A stretch of DNA of 64,000 bases from Auanema rhodensis (GCA_964057225.1 OZ059900.1:10292001-10356000); one strand, 5' to 3'. Shown: positions 27,297 through 39,742, counted from the stretch's first letter. Program-made: numbers and translations. Notes: generated from the sequence alone by a model not told the origin.

Positions 27297-27904
27297 CACG
27301 AATTCGATTAGTGAGATATGATCGTTTTAATGAACTAGATACAATTTTGAAGACTGAACCTGACTGGGATAATGGAATGAAAAAGCTGAATTCTACAATT
27401 GCAATGTTAGAAGAGCAGGCTATCCAAACACCGTTTATTCGTTTTATAGTTTTGGTCTAACTATTCGAAAGAAGTTTGGTTTTTCAATTCTTTAACCCTA
27501 CACAACAATCTGCCAAGTCAGGGATATCTTCAAAATGAACAAGTAATCTGCCCCCCATGTGGCATACGGTGCACAACTATGTGAGGTCAACCTAATCGTT
27601 TAAGCAGAAAAATCAATTATAACGGGCCTCTCAAGACCCTATTATTCTAATTTTGAATCCTCACTATCTATTTAGTGAGGAAAATGAAAAGAATCTGATT
27701 CAGATAAGTGATTCATTCCAACATGAATCTCAATATAGAAACCGTATTCTCTTTAGTTCCTTATTGATTTTTGCTCTGTCATATATTGTATTTTAACATC
27801 AAATAGTATAACATCTTGGTGTAATGGTTGTATTCCAGGTTAGTTGATAAACTCTCCTTGGATCATATCCTCTCCAGGTAAGTTACAAAAATAAAAATAT
27901 TCAC

Positions 27905-27942
<38 letters not shown>

Positions 27943-28087
27943 ACCACACTCAATTGCAATATCTCCTTCCTACTTCATCATATATTCTCTCTATATATAC
28001 TGAATACCTTATATCAGCTTCACAATCCTTGATTCTGGTGTAAACAACGATTTCTTCCACTTTGCGGTTAATTATCATACTTATCAC
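27297..28087 (+). repeat. dispersed repeat module B; other copies ~31920-32722 (+), 32724-33155 (-, partial), ~37007-37795 (-)
   Basis: Copies aligned by eye, ~88-100% identical in patches; contains a (CT)n tract. Confidence 0.92.
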
Positions 28088-28119
28088 CTGATTGATGAGA
28101 ATTAAACAATATTAATATG

Positions 28120-28193
28120 AACATAGTAGTCTAGCGGTCTGAGCATTGGACTGCATTCTACACGGGCAAGTACAATCCCTTTCTGCGTTTTTT
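28120..28193 (+). pseudogene. degenerate tRNA-like sequence (anticodon position GCA) with T6 run
   Basis: A-box-like TAGTCTAGCGG, partial acceptor pairing AACATAG/CTGCGTT, B-box-like GTACAATCC; stems imperfect. Confidence 0.45.
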
Positions 28194-28355
28194 AAGAAAA
28201 TCGATAGCATGTCGAGAATCCAAAAAACGCTCGGATGGATTTTAAATAAGAAAAAGTGTTAATTTTGGTATTTGAAAGCTGATATCTCTGTTCAAAGTCA
28301 ATATTTTTGAATTTTAATTGAGTCTTTCTGTAGTTATGAATCACTGCTTCTCGCT

Positions 28356-28913
28356 CACAAAATTTTCAAATACTTTCTCTTTTGGTTTGAGAGTTATAGC
28401 TTCATGAATATGAGATATGAAGCCTAAAGTTAGACTTTGAACAGCTCTATCTCCTCAACCATTAAGATTTTCAACAATTTTCTTTCGGATTCAGAATCTA
28501 CGTTATGAGATCTATCGAATAAGTTGTCAATATCGAAGTTTGAAACACTTTGAAATTTTGAAAATTAAAGAAATCAGCTAGTTTCAGGTTTGAGAAATAA
28601 AAATATTGCGTTTTCTAACTTTTAACTAGCTCAGACGATAGAGTTGAACATGCTGATTTCAAATTTAAAAATCCCAATTTTTAATTTTCACTTTGAAAGG
28701 AGTTATGAGACTTTAAAGTTGTTGACGATGAGCATTCAGAAGGATATATCTCCGTTCAGACGAATTTTCAGATGCTCGCAAGTATCAGGATCGTTTTCGA
28801 CGAGTTTGATTCACCTATGTGATAAATTTCGAAAGTTTTGCTCGAAATTTTTAGTTTTTGATAGGATGATCCCATTCCATGTACTCCCCCCTTACCTACT
28901 TTTTGACTGAAAA
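28356..28913 (+). mobile_element. repeat module D, ~550-bp DNA-transposon/MITE-end-like sequence; other copies ~31333-31890 (-), ~33185-33742 (+), ~36162-36720 (-)
   Basis: Four near-identical copies; ends in GTACTCCCCCCTTA; recurring GAGATAT/GAGTTAT/TATCTC motifs as seen in subterminal repeats of non-autonomous DNA transposons. Family unassigned. Confidence 0.6.
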
Positions 28914-29864
28914 TCGATCGATATCGATGAGCAGTCACCTTCGAAATTTCAGTAAATTATTCTTTTTTTCTGACATCTTAAGATCTCCGTTATTATCTTC
29001 TAATGTGGCATGTTAGTGAGAGGAAAAAGAATATATTTCTGAGGTTATACTACACTTTATTTATATTAGTAGCATAAGTCGTGTTCTAGCTAGTAGAAAA
29101 CCAACATTTCATTAATCTTCTATAAGTTTTATTTTTTTGTGATTAGTTCATAGAGACATAAAAACAAAGATAGATAAGGTGAACTATAATGAATAAACCT
29201 TAGATGAGATTGGCAGTTCTCTCCCACGTGCGATACAGGCCCAAATACCTTACGTTTCAAAAATCACTTAATCATTGTGAACACGAATGTCTGTTTGCAT
29301 AGAGCAATTAAATTAAAATTTCAAAAGAATTAGCGAAGGTCTTAGATATATTCAACTTTTATTAGCTGTAGTTATCACTTATATACTCATTTGTTATTAG
29401 CTGCAGTTTTAAACTGAAAATAAACAAAAGTTTTTTGTTGTTCAAACCGCTATTAAAGCAGAAACTAACAGTAGAGGTTTTAAAATAATTTGTTATTTCC
29501 AACATAAAATAATCTGTAACATGAAAATATCTATGCTAAACATATGTTTTGTAAAAAGATCAAATGAATAACTTTCCAACTCTATTTTCATGATAGGCTG
29601 TTAGTTATAATTCTTGCAGTTCTGGTCTGCCAACCTTATGCTTAGCTAAAGACACTCACTTGTCCAATTGATTACTACTAACACGGATAGTTCAAAATCT
29701 CAATTTTTTCATTTTTAAAGTTCCTAAAAATTGTTAATGAACAGTGCAGTTTAATACACATGACAAACAATTATGATTTTAATTCATAATAATTGAAATT
29801 TATTTTTTAATTTATTTTGAACTTACTTTCAGATCAGTCTGTTGTTTTCATATAACTCTTCTAA

Positions 29865-29958
29865 TTTGTCCCGCATGGAAAAGCTTTGTCACCGTAATCA
29901 TGTTTGGCAATTCAAATTTTATCAGCCTAAATTATTTATGATAAGCAAACAAACTACG
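29865..29958 (+). promoter_or_regulatory. conserved upstream block shared by orphan genes E, E', F, G (TTTGTCCCGCATGGA..ACCGTAATCA..TTTTATCAGCCTAAATT..TGATAAGCAAACAAACTAC)
   Basis: Same ordered blocks on the - strand at ~35117-35210, ~42000-42098 and ~45760-45858; contain two GATA (TGATAA) sites and a forkhead-like TGTTTGC. Confidence 0.65.
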
Positions 29959-30083
29959 GTAAACACGATATAATATTGATTATTTTTATCTTTTTCTTTG
30001 TTTAATGGTTACTTACGACAACTGGCATACGGTATATACAGTATACAATCTCCCACTTCAGGTCATTGATTTGGTTTTCTAGA

Positions 30084-30988
30084 ATGCCTGGCACACGTAA
30101 GAAAAATAACATTGATCCAAACTGGAATTTTTCTGATTCTGAGGAGAGTTGTTTCATGCAGGAGGCTCCTGCATCCAAACTAAGAAAAGTGAATGTATCA
30201 CAAACGCATTATTGCACTCGCTCACGTTCGCGTTGTTCAAATATAAACCAATCAAAATCTTCAACACCCCATCATTCTTCACAAAACCGCACTGTAAAAT
30301 TTGATAAAGTTATCACAATAGTGAGTTTAATGAATAAAGTACTTCTTTCTATTATGACTGATTTTTAGATTGGAGAATCTAATATTATATTCAATTTTGA
30401 TAACCAAATTTCACATGTTGATAAAGACACAATTTTTCGGCACATTATCGTTCACAATCCTGAATTGGCTTCAAAACATCCTATTAGAGCACACATGGTT
30501 CCGAATTCAGTTTGTATGAATGTCGATAATAATGTATCTATGGATCAAGAGTTTTCCGAGCATAGACAAACGTCTTTGGAATGTCGGAAAATTAAACGTG
30601 CGCTGCGCGACATCTTGGAACAATGTTCTCAGTCTTCTTCTTGTTTCATCCAGTGTTTGGGCGAACGTTTAGCCAGAATTGATTATGAATTTTTACATCT
30701 AGTAAGTTGTTTAATGAATGATTCTCTATCTTAAGACATACTTATTTTCAGAACAGTGAGATAAGTAGTGATTCTGATGAAAATGATTTTGATATTGCTG
30801 AACATTTTCAAGTCGATGAAAAATCAAATGTTTTCAATGAGTACAAAGACATAGCAATGGAAAAGACAAAGGTCCCTGCATTCGGTATCTCCGAAAATGT
30901 TCGAGATTGTAATACGCTTGAGGGTGCTGTAGTTGTTGAAGAAGATGGAATCTTCGAAGTATATTGCGATTCCGTAGAGAAGTTATAA
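30084..30988 (+). CDS. orphan gene E, 268 aa, 3 exons (basic N-terminus, acidic C-terminus)
   Basis: Exons 30084-30320, 30369-30701, 30752-30988, all phase 0 with GT-AG introns; MPGTRKK..SDSEE start matches gene F MPRTRKR..SDSEE. Confidence 0.75.
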
Positions 30989-33900
30989 CTGTATTATTGA
31001 AGCTCTGTAAGATTTAGCAACATTGTGCCATATGTTTGTTGTTGTTGCTTTCTTTTTAAATAAATGTTATTAATATGCCATAGTTAGCTATGTGATATGA
31101 ACTCAGATATATATTCTAAGATTATCCTTGTTTCATCTTCCAATGTATTGTCAATCTCGTTTTGATGTCCAAAGGTATCACAAAGGAGAATATAATGAGA
31201 AACTAAGATTCCAAGTTTAAGAAGAGCAATCTTTACGTTGTTTCTTCTCTAAACCTTTAATTCGTTATAGTTGATATCATATAATTAACAAAAAAATTAG
31301 AAATTTTCAAAATATTTCTAGGATGATTGATGTTTTCAGTGAAAAAGTAGGTAAGGGGGGAGTACATGGAATGGGATCATCCTATCAAAAACTAAAAATT
31401 TCGAGCAAAACTTTCGAAATTTATCACATAGGTGAATCAAACTCGTCGAAAACGATCCTAATACTTGCGAGCATCTGAAAATTCGTCTGAACGGAGATAT
31501 ATCCTTCTGAATGCACATCGTCAACAACTTTAAAGTCTCATAACTCCTTTCAAAGTGAAAATTAAAAATCGGGATTTTTAAATTTGAAATCAGCATGTTC
31601 AACTCTATCGTATGAGCTAGTTAAAAGTTAGAAAGCGCAATATTTTTATTTTTCAAACCTGAAACTAGCTGATTTCTTTAATTTTCAAAATTTCAAAGTG
31701 TTTCAAACTTCGATATTGACAACTTATTCGATAGATCTCATAACGTAGATTCTGAATCCGAAAGAAAATTGTTGAAAATCTTAATGGTTGAGGAGATAGA
31801 GCTGTTCAAAGTCTAACTTTAGGCTTCATATCTCATATTCATGAAGCTATAACTCTCAAACCAAAAGAGAAAGTATTTGAAAATTCTGTGAAATAAATGC
31901 TGAATATGAAAGAGAGATCACGCGAATTCGATTAGTGAGATATGATCGCTTTAATGAACTAGATACAATTTTGAAGACTGAACCTGACTCGGCTAATGGA
32001 ATGAAAGAGCTGAATTCTAGAATTGCAATGTTAGAAGACCAGGCTATCCAAACACCGTTTATTCGTTTTATAGTTTTGGTCTAACTATTTGAAAAAAGTT
32101 TGGTTTTTCAATTCTTTAACCCTACACAACAATCTGCCAAGTCAGGGATATCTTCAAAATGAACAAGTAATCTGCCCCCCATGTGGCATACGGTGCACAA
32201 CTATGTGAGGTCAACCTAATCGTTTGAACAGAAAAATTAATTATAACGGGCCTCTCAAGACCCTTTTATTCTAATTTTGAATCCTCACTATCTATTTAGT
32301 GAGGAAAATAAGAAGAATCTGATTCAGATAAGTGATTCATTCCAACATGAATCTCAATATAGAAACCGTATTCTCTTTAGTTCCTTATTGATTTTTGCTC
32401 TGTCATATATTGTATTTTAACATCAAATAGTATAACATCTTGGTGTAATGGTTGTATTCCAGGTTAGTTGATAAACTCTCCTTGGATCATATCCTCTCCA
32501 GGTAAGTTACAAAAATAAAAATATTCACAACTCTCTCTCTCTCTCTCTCTCTCCATCTCTCTCTATCTATCTCTCCCTCAAAACCACACTCAATTGCAAT
32601 ATGTCCTTCCAACTTCAGCATGTATTTCCTCTATATATACTGAATATATCAGCTTCACAGTCCTTGATTCTGGTGTATACAACGATTTCCTCCATTTTGC
32701 GGTTAATTATCGTACTTATCACGTTCATGTTGGAATGAATCACTTATCTGAATCAGATTCTTTTCATTTTCCTCACTAAATAGATAGTGAGGATTCAAAA
32801 TTAGAATAATAGGGTCTTGAGAGGCCCGTTATAATTGATTTTTCTGCTTAAACGATTAGGTTGACCTCACATAGTTGTGCACCGTATGCCACATGGGGGG
32901 CAGATTACTTGTTCATTTTGAAGATATCCCTGACTTGGCAGATTGTTGTGTAGGGTTAAAGAATTGAAAAACCAAACTTTTTTCAAATAGTTAGACCAAA
33001 ACTATAAAACGAATAAACGGTGTTTGGATAGCCTGGTCTTCTAACATTGCAATTCTAGAATTCAGCTCTTTCATTCCATTAGCCGAGTCAGGTTCAGTCT
33101 TCAAAATTGTATCTAGTTCATTAAAGCGATCATATCTCACTAATCGAATTCGCGTGATCTCTCTTTCATATTCAGCATTTATTTCACAGAATTTTCAAAT
33201 ACTTTCTCTTTTGGTTTGAGAGTTATAGCTTCATGAATATGAGATATGAAGCCTAAAGTTAGACTTTGAACAGCTCTATCTCCTCAACCATTAAGATTTT
33301 CAACAATTTTCTTTCGGATTCAGAATCTACGTTATGAGATCTATCGAATAAGTTGTCAATATCGAAGTTTGAAACACTTTGAAATTTTGAAAATTAAAGA
33401 AATCAGCTAGTTTCAGGTTTGAAAAATAAAAATATTGCGCTTTCTAACTTTTAACTAGCTCATACGATAGAGTTGAACATGCTGATTTCAAATTTAAAAA
33501 TCCCGATTTTTAATTTTCACTTTGAAAGGAGTTATGAGACTTTAAAGTTGTTGACGATGTGCATTCAGAAGGATATATCTCCGTTCAGACGAATTTTCAG
33601 ATGCTCGCAAGTATTAGGATCGTTTTCGACGAGTTTGATTCACCTATGTGATAAATTTCGAAAGTTTTGCTCGAAATTTTTAGTTTTTGATAGGATGATC
33701 CCATTCCATGTACTCCCCCCTTACCTACTTTTTCACTGAAAACATCAATCATCCTAGAAATATTTTGAAAATTTCTAATTTTTTTGTTAATTATATGATA
33801 TCAACTATAACGAATTAAAGGTTTAGAGAAGAAACAACGTAAAGATTGCTCTTCTTAAACTTGGAATCTTAGTTTCTCATTATATTCTCCTTTGTGATAC

Positions 33901-34086
33901 CTTTGGACATCAAAACGAGATTGACAATACATTGGAAGATGAAACAAGGATAATCTTAGAATATATATCTGAGTTCATATCACATAGCTAACTATGGCAT
34001 ATTAATAACATTTATTTAAAAAGAAAGCAACAACAACAAACATATGGCACAATGTTGCTAAATCTTACAGAGCTTCAATAATACAG

Positions 34087-34991
34087 TTATAACTTCTCTA
34101 CGGAATCGCAATATACTTCGAAGATTCCATCTTCTTCAACAACTACAGCACCCTCAAGCGTATTACAATCTCGAACATTTTCGGAGATACCGAATGCAGG
34201 GACCTTTGTCTTTTCCATTGCTATGTCTTTGTACTCATTGAAAACATTTGATTTTTCATCGACTTGAAAATGTTCAGCAATATCAAAATCATTTTCATCA
34301 GAATCACTACTTATCTCACTGTTCTGAAAATAAGTATGTCTTAAGATAGAGAATCATTCATTAAACAACTTACTAGATGTAAAAATTCATAATCAATTCT
34401 GGCTAAACGTTCGCCCAAACACTGGATGAAACAAGAAGAAGACTGAGAACATTGTTCCAAGATGTCGCGCAGCGCACGTTTAATTTTCCGACATTCCAAA
34501 GACGTTTGTCTATGCTCGGAAAACTCTTGATCCATAGATACATTATTATCGACATTCATACAAACTGAATTCGGAACCATGTGTGCTCTAATAGGATGTT
34601 TTGAAGCCAATTCAGGATTGTGAACGATAATGTGCCGAAAAATTGTGTCTTTATCAACATGTGAAATTTGGTTATCAAAATTGAATATAATATTAGATTC
34701 TCCAATCTAAAAATCAGTCATAATAGAAAGAAGTACTTTATTCATTAAACTCACTATTGTGATAACTTTATCAAATTTTACAGTGCGGTTTTGTGAAGAA
34801 TGATGGGGTGTTGAAGATTTTGATTGGTTTATATTTGAACAACGCGAACGTGAGCGAGTGCAATAATGCGTTTGTGATACATTCACTTTTCTTAGTTTGG
34901 ATGCAGGAGCCTCCTGCATGAAACAACTCTCCTCAGAATCAGAAAAATTCCAGTTTGGATCAATGTTATTTTTCTTACGTGTGCCAGGCAT
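34087..34991 (-). CDS. orphan gene E', palindromic copy of E
   Basis: Mirror of 30084-30988; the ORF-track translations are identical. Confidence 0.75.
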
Positions 34992-36900
34992 TCTAGAAAA
35001 CCAAATCAATGACCTGAAGTGGGAGATTGTATACTGTATATACCGTATGCCAGTTGTCGTAAGTAACCATTAAACAAAGAAAAAGATAAAAATAATCAAT
35101 ATTATATCGTGTTTACCGTAGTTTGTTTGCTTATCATAAATAATTTAGGCTGATAAAATTTGAATTGCCAAACATGATTACGGTGACAAAGCTTTTCCAT
35201 GCGGGACAAATTAGAAGAGTTATATGAAAACAACAGACTGATCTGAAAGTAAGTTCAAAATAAATTAAAAAATAAATTTCAATTATTATGAATTAAAATC
35301 ATAATTGTTTGTCATGTGTATTAAACTGCACTGTTCATTAACAATTTTTAGGAACTTTAAAAATGAAAAAATTGAGATTTTGAACTATCCGTGTTAGTAG
35401 TAATCAATTGGACAAGTGAGTGTCTTTAGCTAAGCATAAGGTTGGCAGACCAGAACTGCAAGAATTATAACTAACAGCCTATCATGAAAATAGAGTTGGA
35501 AAGTTATTCATTTGATCTTTTTACAAAACATATGTTTAGCATAGATATTTTCATGTTACAGATTATTTTATGTTGGAAATAACAAATTATTTTAAAACCT
35601 CTACTGTTAGTTTCTGCTTTAATAGCGGTTTGAACAACAAAAAACTTTTGTTTATTTTCAGTTTAAAACTGCAGCTAATAACAAATGAGTATATAAGTGA
35701 TAACTACAGCTAATAAAAGTTGAATATATCTAAGACCTTCGCTAATTCTTTTGAAATTTTAATTTAATTGCTCTATGCAAACAGACATTCGTGTTCACAA
35801 TGATTAAGTGATTTTTGAAACGTAAGGTATTTGGGCCTGTATCGCACGTGGGAGAGAACTGCCAATCTCATCTAAGGTTTATTCATTATAGTTCACCTTA
35901 TCTATCTTTGTTTTTATGTCTCTATGAACTAATCACAAAAAAATAAAACTTATAGAAGATTAATGAAATGTTGGTTTTCTACTAGCTAGAACACGACTTA
36001 TGCTACTAATATAAATAAAGTGTAGTATAACCTCAGAAATATATTCTTTTTCCTCTCACTAACATGCCACATTAGAAGATAATAACGGAGATCTTAAGAT
36101 GTCAGAAAAAAAGAATAATTTACTGAAATTTCGAAGGTGACTGCTCATCGATATCGATCGATTTTCAGTCAAAAAGTAGGTAAGGGGGGAGTACATGGAA
36201 TGGGATCATCCTATCAAAAACTAAAAATTTCGAGCAAAACTTTCGAAATTTATCACATAGGTGAATCAAACTCGTCGAAAACGATCCTGATACTTGCGAG
36301 CATCTGAAAATTCGTCTGAACGGAGATATATCCTTCTGAATGCTCATCGTCAACAACTTTAAAGTCTCATAACTCCTTTCAAAGTGAAAATTAAAAATTG
36401 GGATTTTTAAATTTGAAATCAGCATGTTCAACTCTATCGTCTGAGCTAGTTAAAAGTTAGAAAACGCAATATTTTTATTTTTCAAACCTGAAACTAGCTG
36501 ATTTCTTTAATTTTCAAAATTTCAAAGTGTTTCAAACTTCGATATTGACAACTTATTCGATAGATCTCATAACGTAGATTCTGAATCCGAAAGAAAATTG
36601 TTGAAAATCTTAATGGTTGAGGAGATAGAGCTGTTCAAAGTCTAACTTTAGGCTTCATATCTCATATTCATGAAGCTATAACTCTCAAACCAAAAGAGAA
36701 AGTATTTGAAAATTCTGTGAGCGAGAAGCAGTGATTCATAACTACAGAAAGACTCAATTAAAATTCAAAAATATTGACTTTGAACAGAGATATCAGCTTT
36801 CAAATACCAAAATTAACACTTTTTCTTATTTAAGAATTTTTTTCTTATTTAAAATCCATCCGAGCGTTTTTTGGATTCTCGACATGCTATCGATTTTCTT

Positions 36901-36974
36901 AAAAAACGCAGAAAGGGATTGTACTTGCCCGTGTAGAATGTAGTCCAATTCTCAGACCACTAGACTACTATGTT
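36901..36974 (-). pseudogene. mirror copy of the tRNA-like relic (3 substitutions)
   Basis: Reverse complement of 28120-28193. Confidence 0.4.
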
Positions 36975-37151
36975 CATATTAATATTGTTTAATTCTCATC
37001 AATCAGGTGATAAGTATGATAATTAACCGCAAAGTGGAAGAAATCGTTGTTTACACCAGAATCAAGGATTGTGAAGCTGATATAAGGTATTCAGTATATA
37101 TAGAGAGAATATATGATGAAGTAGGAAGGAGATATTGCAATTGAGTGTGGT

Positions 37152-37187
<36 letters not shown>

Positions 37188-37848
37188 GTGAATATTTTTA
37201 TTTTTGTAACTTACCTGGAGAGGATATGATCCAAGGAGAGTTTATCAACTAACCTGGAATACAACCATTACACCAAGATGTTATACTATTTGATGTTAAA
37301 ATACAATATATGACAGAGCAAAAATCAATAAGGAACTAAAGAGAATACGGTTTCTATATTGAGATTCATGTTGGAATGAATCACTTATCTGAATCAGATT
37401 CTTTTCATTTTCCTCACTAAATAGATAGTGAGGATTCAAAATTAGAATAATAGGGTCTTGAGAGGCCCGTTATAATTGATTTTTCTGCTTAAACGATTAG
37501 GTTGACCTCACATAGTTGTGCACCGTATGCCACATGGGGGGCAGATTACTTGTTCATTTTGAAGATATCCCTGACTTGGCAGATTGTTGTGTAGGGTTAA
37601 AGAATTGAAAAACCAAACTTCTTTCGAATAGTTAGACCAAAACTATAAAACGAATAAACGGTGTTTGGATAGCCTGCTCTTCTAACATTGCAATTCTAGA
37701 ATTCAGCTTTTTCATTCCATTATCCCAGTCAGGTTCAGTCTTCAAAATTGTATCTAGTTCATTAAAACGATCATATCTCACTAATCGAATTCGTGCATAT
37801 CTGATTATGAAACTAATTTCAGAAACTTTTTTTCTGACAAAAAGAAAA

Positions 37849-37967
37849 AGCTTACGGCACCCGGGATTCCCAAGCCGTCTCCGATCCAAGTACTAACCGG
37901 GCCCAACGTTGCTTGACTTGCCAGATCGGACGGGATGGCGTACTTTCAACGTAGTATGGTCGTAAGC
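37849..37967 (-). rRNA. 5S: 5S rRNA, second copy (2 substitutions)
   Basis: Reverse complement of 27125-27243. Confidence 0.97.
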
Positions 37968-38074
37968 GAATTAAATTGTTAGTTTTGCGGTTATCATAGT
38001 GAACTTCGCTGACCGTGGCATCCGAAAGTGAGCAAATTTTGGCAGAAATAGAACATCTGGGTAATACTCTGTCA
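37968..38074 (+). ncRNA. mirror copy of the SL-RNA-like candidate
   Basis: Mirror of 27018-27124 with 1 substitution. Confidence 0.33.
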
Positions 38075-38238
38075 GGAGTTTAATATTACTCACCGTATTA
38101 TGATGGAAAATCATCACATGAATCCATATATTAAATAAATTTCCCATTATTACCTATGTCTCCAAGTCAGTTGAGGTTGGATTACAATACGAAAATGGGA
38201 TATCAGTAGTGCATAAGATGCTGACGCTGTAACAACTC

Positions 38239-38338
38239 TCCCCTTTGGGGAAAAATAATCCGTTAACCTTATTGTGAACCAATGGAACACATATCGAAGG
38301 TTAATTCGATAAGAACGATTATTCTCCCCCAAAGGGGA
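38239..38338 (-). repeat. mirror copy of the hairpin enclosing the U2 fragment
   Basis: Reverse complement of 26754-26853. Confidence 0.9.
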
Positions 38339-38522
38339 TGGGCCGTTCCCGCCAGCAGTGCAAGAGCGGGTCGACCCGTGAGATGGAGCTAGCAAGCCAG
38401 CATCTACCTCAGGTCTCAAAAATCGGTTAACCTTATTGTGAACCAATGGAACACATATCGAAGGTTAATTCGATAAGAACGATTACTACACTTTGATCTT
38501 AGCCAAAAGGCCGAGAAGCGAT
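38334..38522 (-). ncRNA. U2: U2 snRNA (variant), second copy
   Basis: Reverse complement of 26570-26758. Confidence 0.97.
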
Positions 38523-39293
38523 ACTGCAACGTCGTCAGAAACATAAACATAGAGATTATGTATCGTACTTCATACGAGTGCACTCGTTCTTTTGACCACA
38601 AGTGTCAGATTTGACTATTTTGGGTGTACCGGTCATTAATGACTTACGTGAGGGGTAAGATTTGGTCAATTGGTTTATTTCTTGTTTTTTCTTTCTTTAA
38701 ATTATTAAATATATATAAATAATAATAATAATAATAATAATAATGAGAATTATAAAGTTTTTATATAAAATCACAAAAAAAAAATTTTTTTCAGATATTT
38801 TTTTCGAGTACCTGTGATCTTCATGAACTCATGTTAGTAGTGGTGCTCTTCCCCTCCTATTCATCAACTTATATACAAATATATTTTTAATATATAGTTC
38901 CATATGAATATATAGATAAAGAGAAACATTTGAAGGGAAATATTTAAAAAAAAGTATAATATACCGTACACCACAACTCTCTAAAATACATTTTCAGGAA
39001 AACGCCCAAATTTCTCATTTCAAATGAAATATAATGGTATGTGAAACATATAGAAGCTTTAACCATTTATAAAATTTTTATTTTCTTTATAACATCACAA
39101 ATTGGAAAAATTGTGAAAAGTCTTGCAGTCATCATAACCTTAAACAAGTTCTAATTTAAAAATAAAACAACAAATCACAGCATATTCACAGAATACAATC
39201 AAGTTATTTGAATACAAATAACATAATTTACAAGACAAAGGGAAAAAATCATAATTTAATAGAATATAGCATACAGTTTACAACTCACTATGT

Positions 39294-39647
39294 TTAATCC
39301 TTGTTATCTATAATTTCTTTGAAATACCTTCTAGTCTCCTCATATTCCGTCATCAATGGCTTTGGAACTGTCATGTTGTTATCGAAATAAACTTCGATTT
39401 CACTGGCAAGAAATCGAAGATGTTGAGTCATAAGGGAATGAAGCTTCTGATATTCTTTGAACATGTTACTCTTATGCTCTTGTTCTCTTCTATAGTTTTC
39501 CTCTTCAGCTAATTCAATTTTCATTAAAACTTGTTCAATTTTCCGATGCATCTTTGCTTCATCTGTCATTAGACCAAAATCAAAGAGCATACGATTATTC
39601 ATTTCTTCGTCGTCGGAAACTGTTCCGTTGTTGTGTTGTAGTGCTTT
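39294..39647 (-). pseudogene. 5'-truncated copy of orphan gene A (last exon only)
   Basis: The palindrome ends inside the preceding intron, so exons 1-2 and the donor are missing. Confidence 0.7.
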
Positions 39648-39742
39648 CTATTATAAACGATCAAGAGATTCATAAAGGAGATATTATCTTATGTTTATTA
39701 TGTTTATGTTTATTATTATTTTCTCTTTAATTTTTATTTCAG

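Larger units (their letters stand above)
27253..28975. mobile_element. putative non-autonomous composite element bounded by 14-bp inverted repeats TGTCAGAAAAAAAG / CTTTTTTTCTGACA
   Basis: Perfect 14-bp IR with TG..CA ends plus further TTT(A)CTGAAATT similarity; begins at the 5S terminator; no clear TSD and no transposase. Confidence 0.35.
25403..39689. repeat. 14.3-kb inverted duplication: arms 25403-32351 and 32724-39689, 372-bp spacer
   Basis: Mirror-image ORFs with coordinate sums 65075 (inner) and 65092 (outer); identity stops sharply at 25403/39689; only scattered SNPs, a ~25-bp indel and a microsatellite length difference. Confidence 0.97.

Noticed and set aside
26491-27460. ORFs of 61, 98 and 85 aa and their mirrors
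   Set aside because: They read through U2, 5S and repeat DNA and are not credible proteins.
28644-28910. 88-aa ORF present in four copies
   Set aside because: Non-ATG start inside module D; conserved only because the repeat is young; no transposase motif.
29924-29929. GCCTAA/TTAGGC telomere hexamer in the conserved upstream block as a DNA-elimination break site
   Set aside because: A single hexamer with no array; cannot be supported from sequence alone.
37208-37280. U1-like motifs in module B (ACTTACCTGG..GATC..CATTACAC)
   Set aside because: U1 stems and Sm site cannot be formed and the spacing is off; equally explained as a CAG|GTAAGT donor-like sequence on the other strand.
37500-37610. 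CTVCHMGGRLL resembling the start of a PHD finger
   Set aside because: The remaining Cys/His ligands are absent and the frame is bounded by stops.
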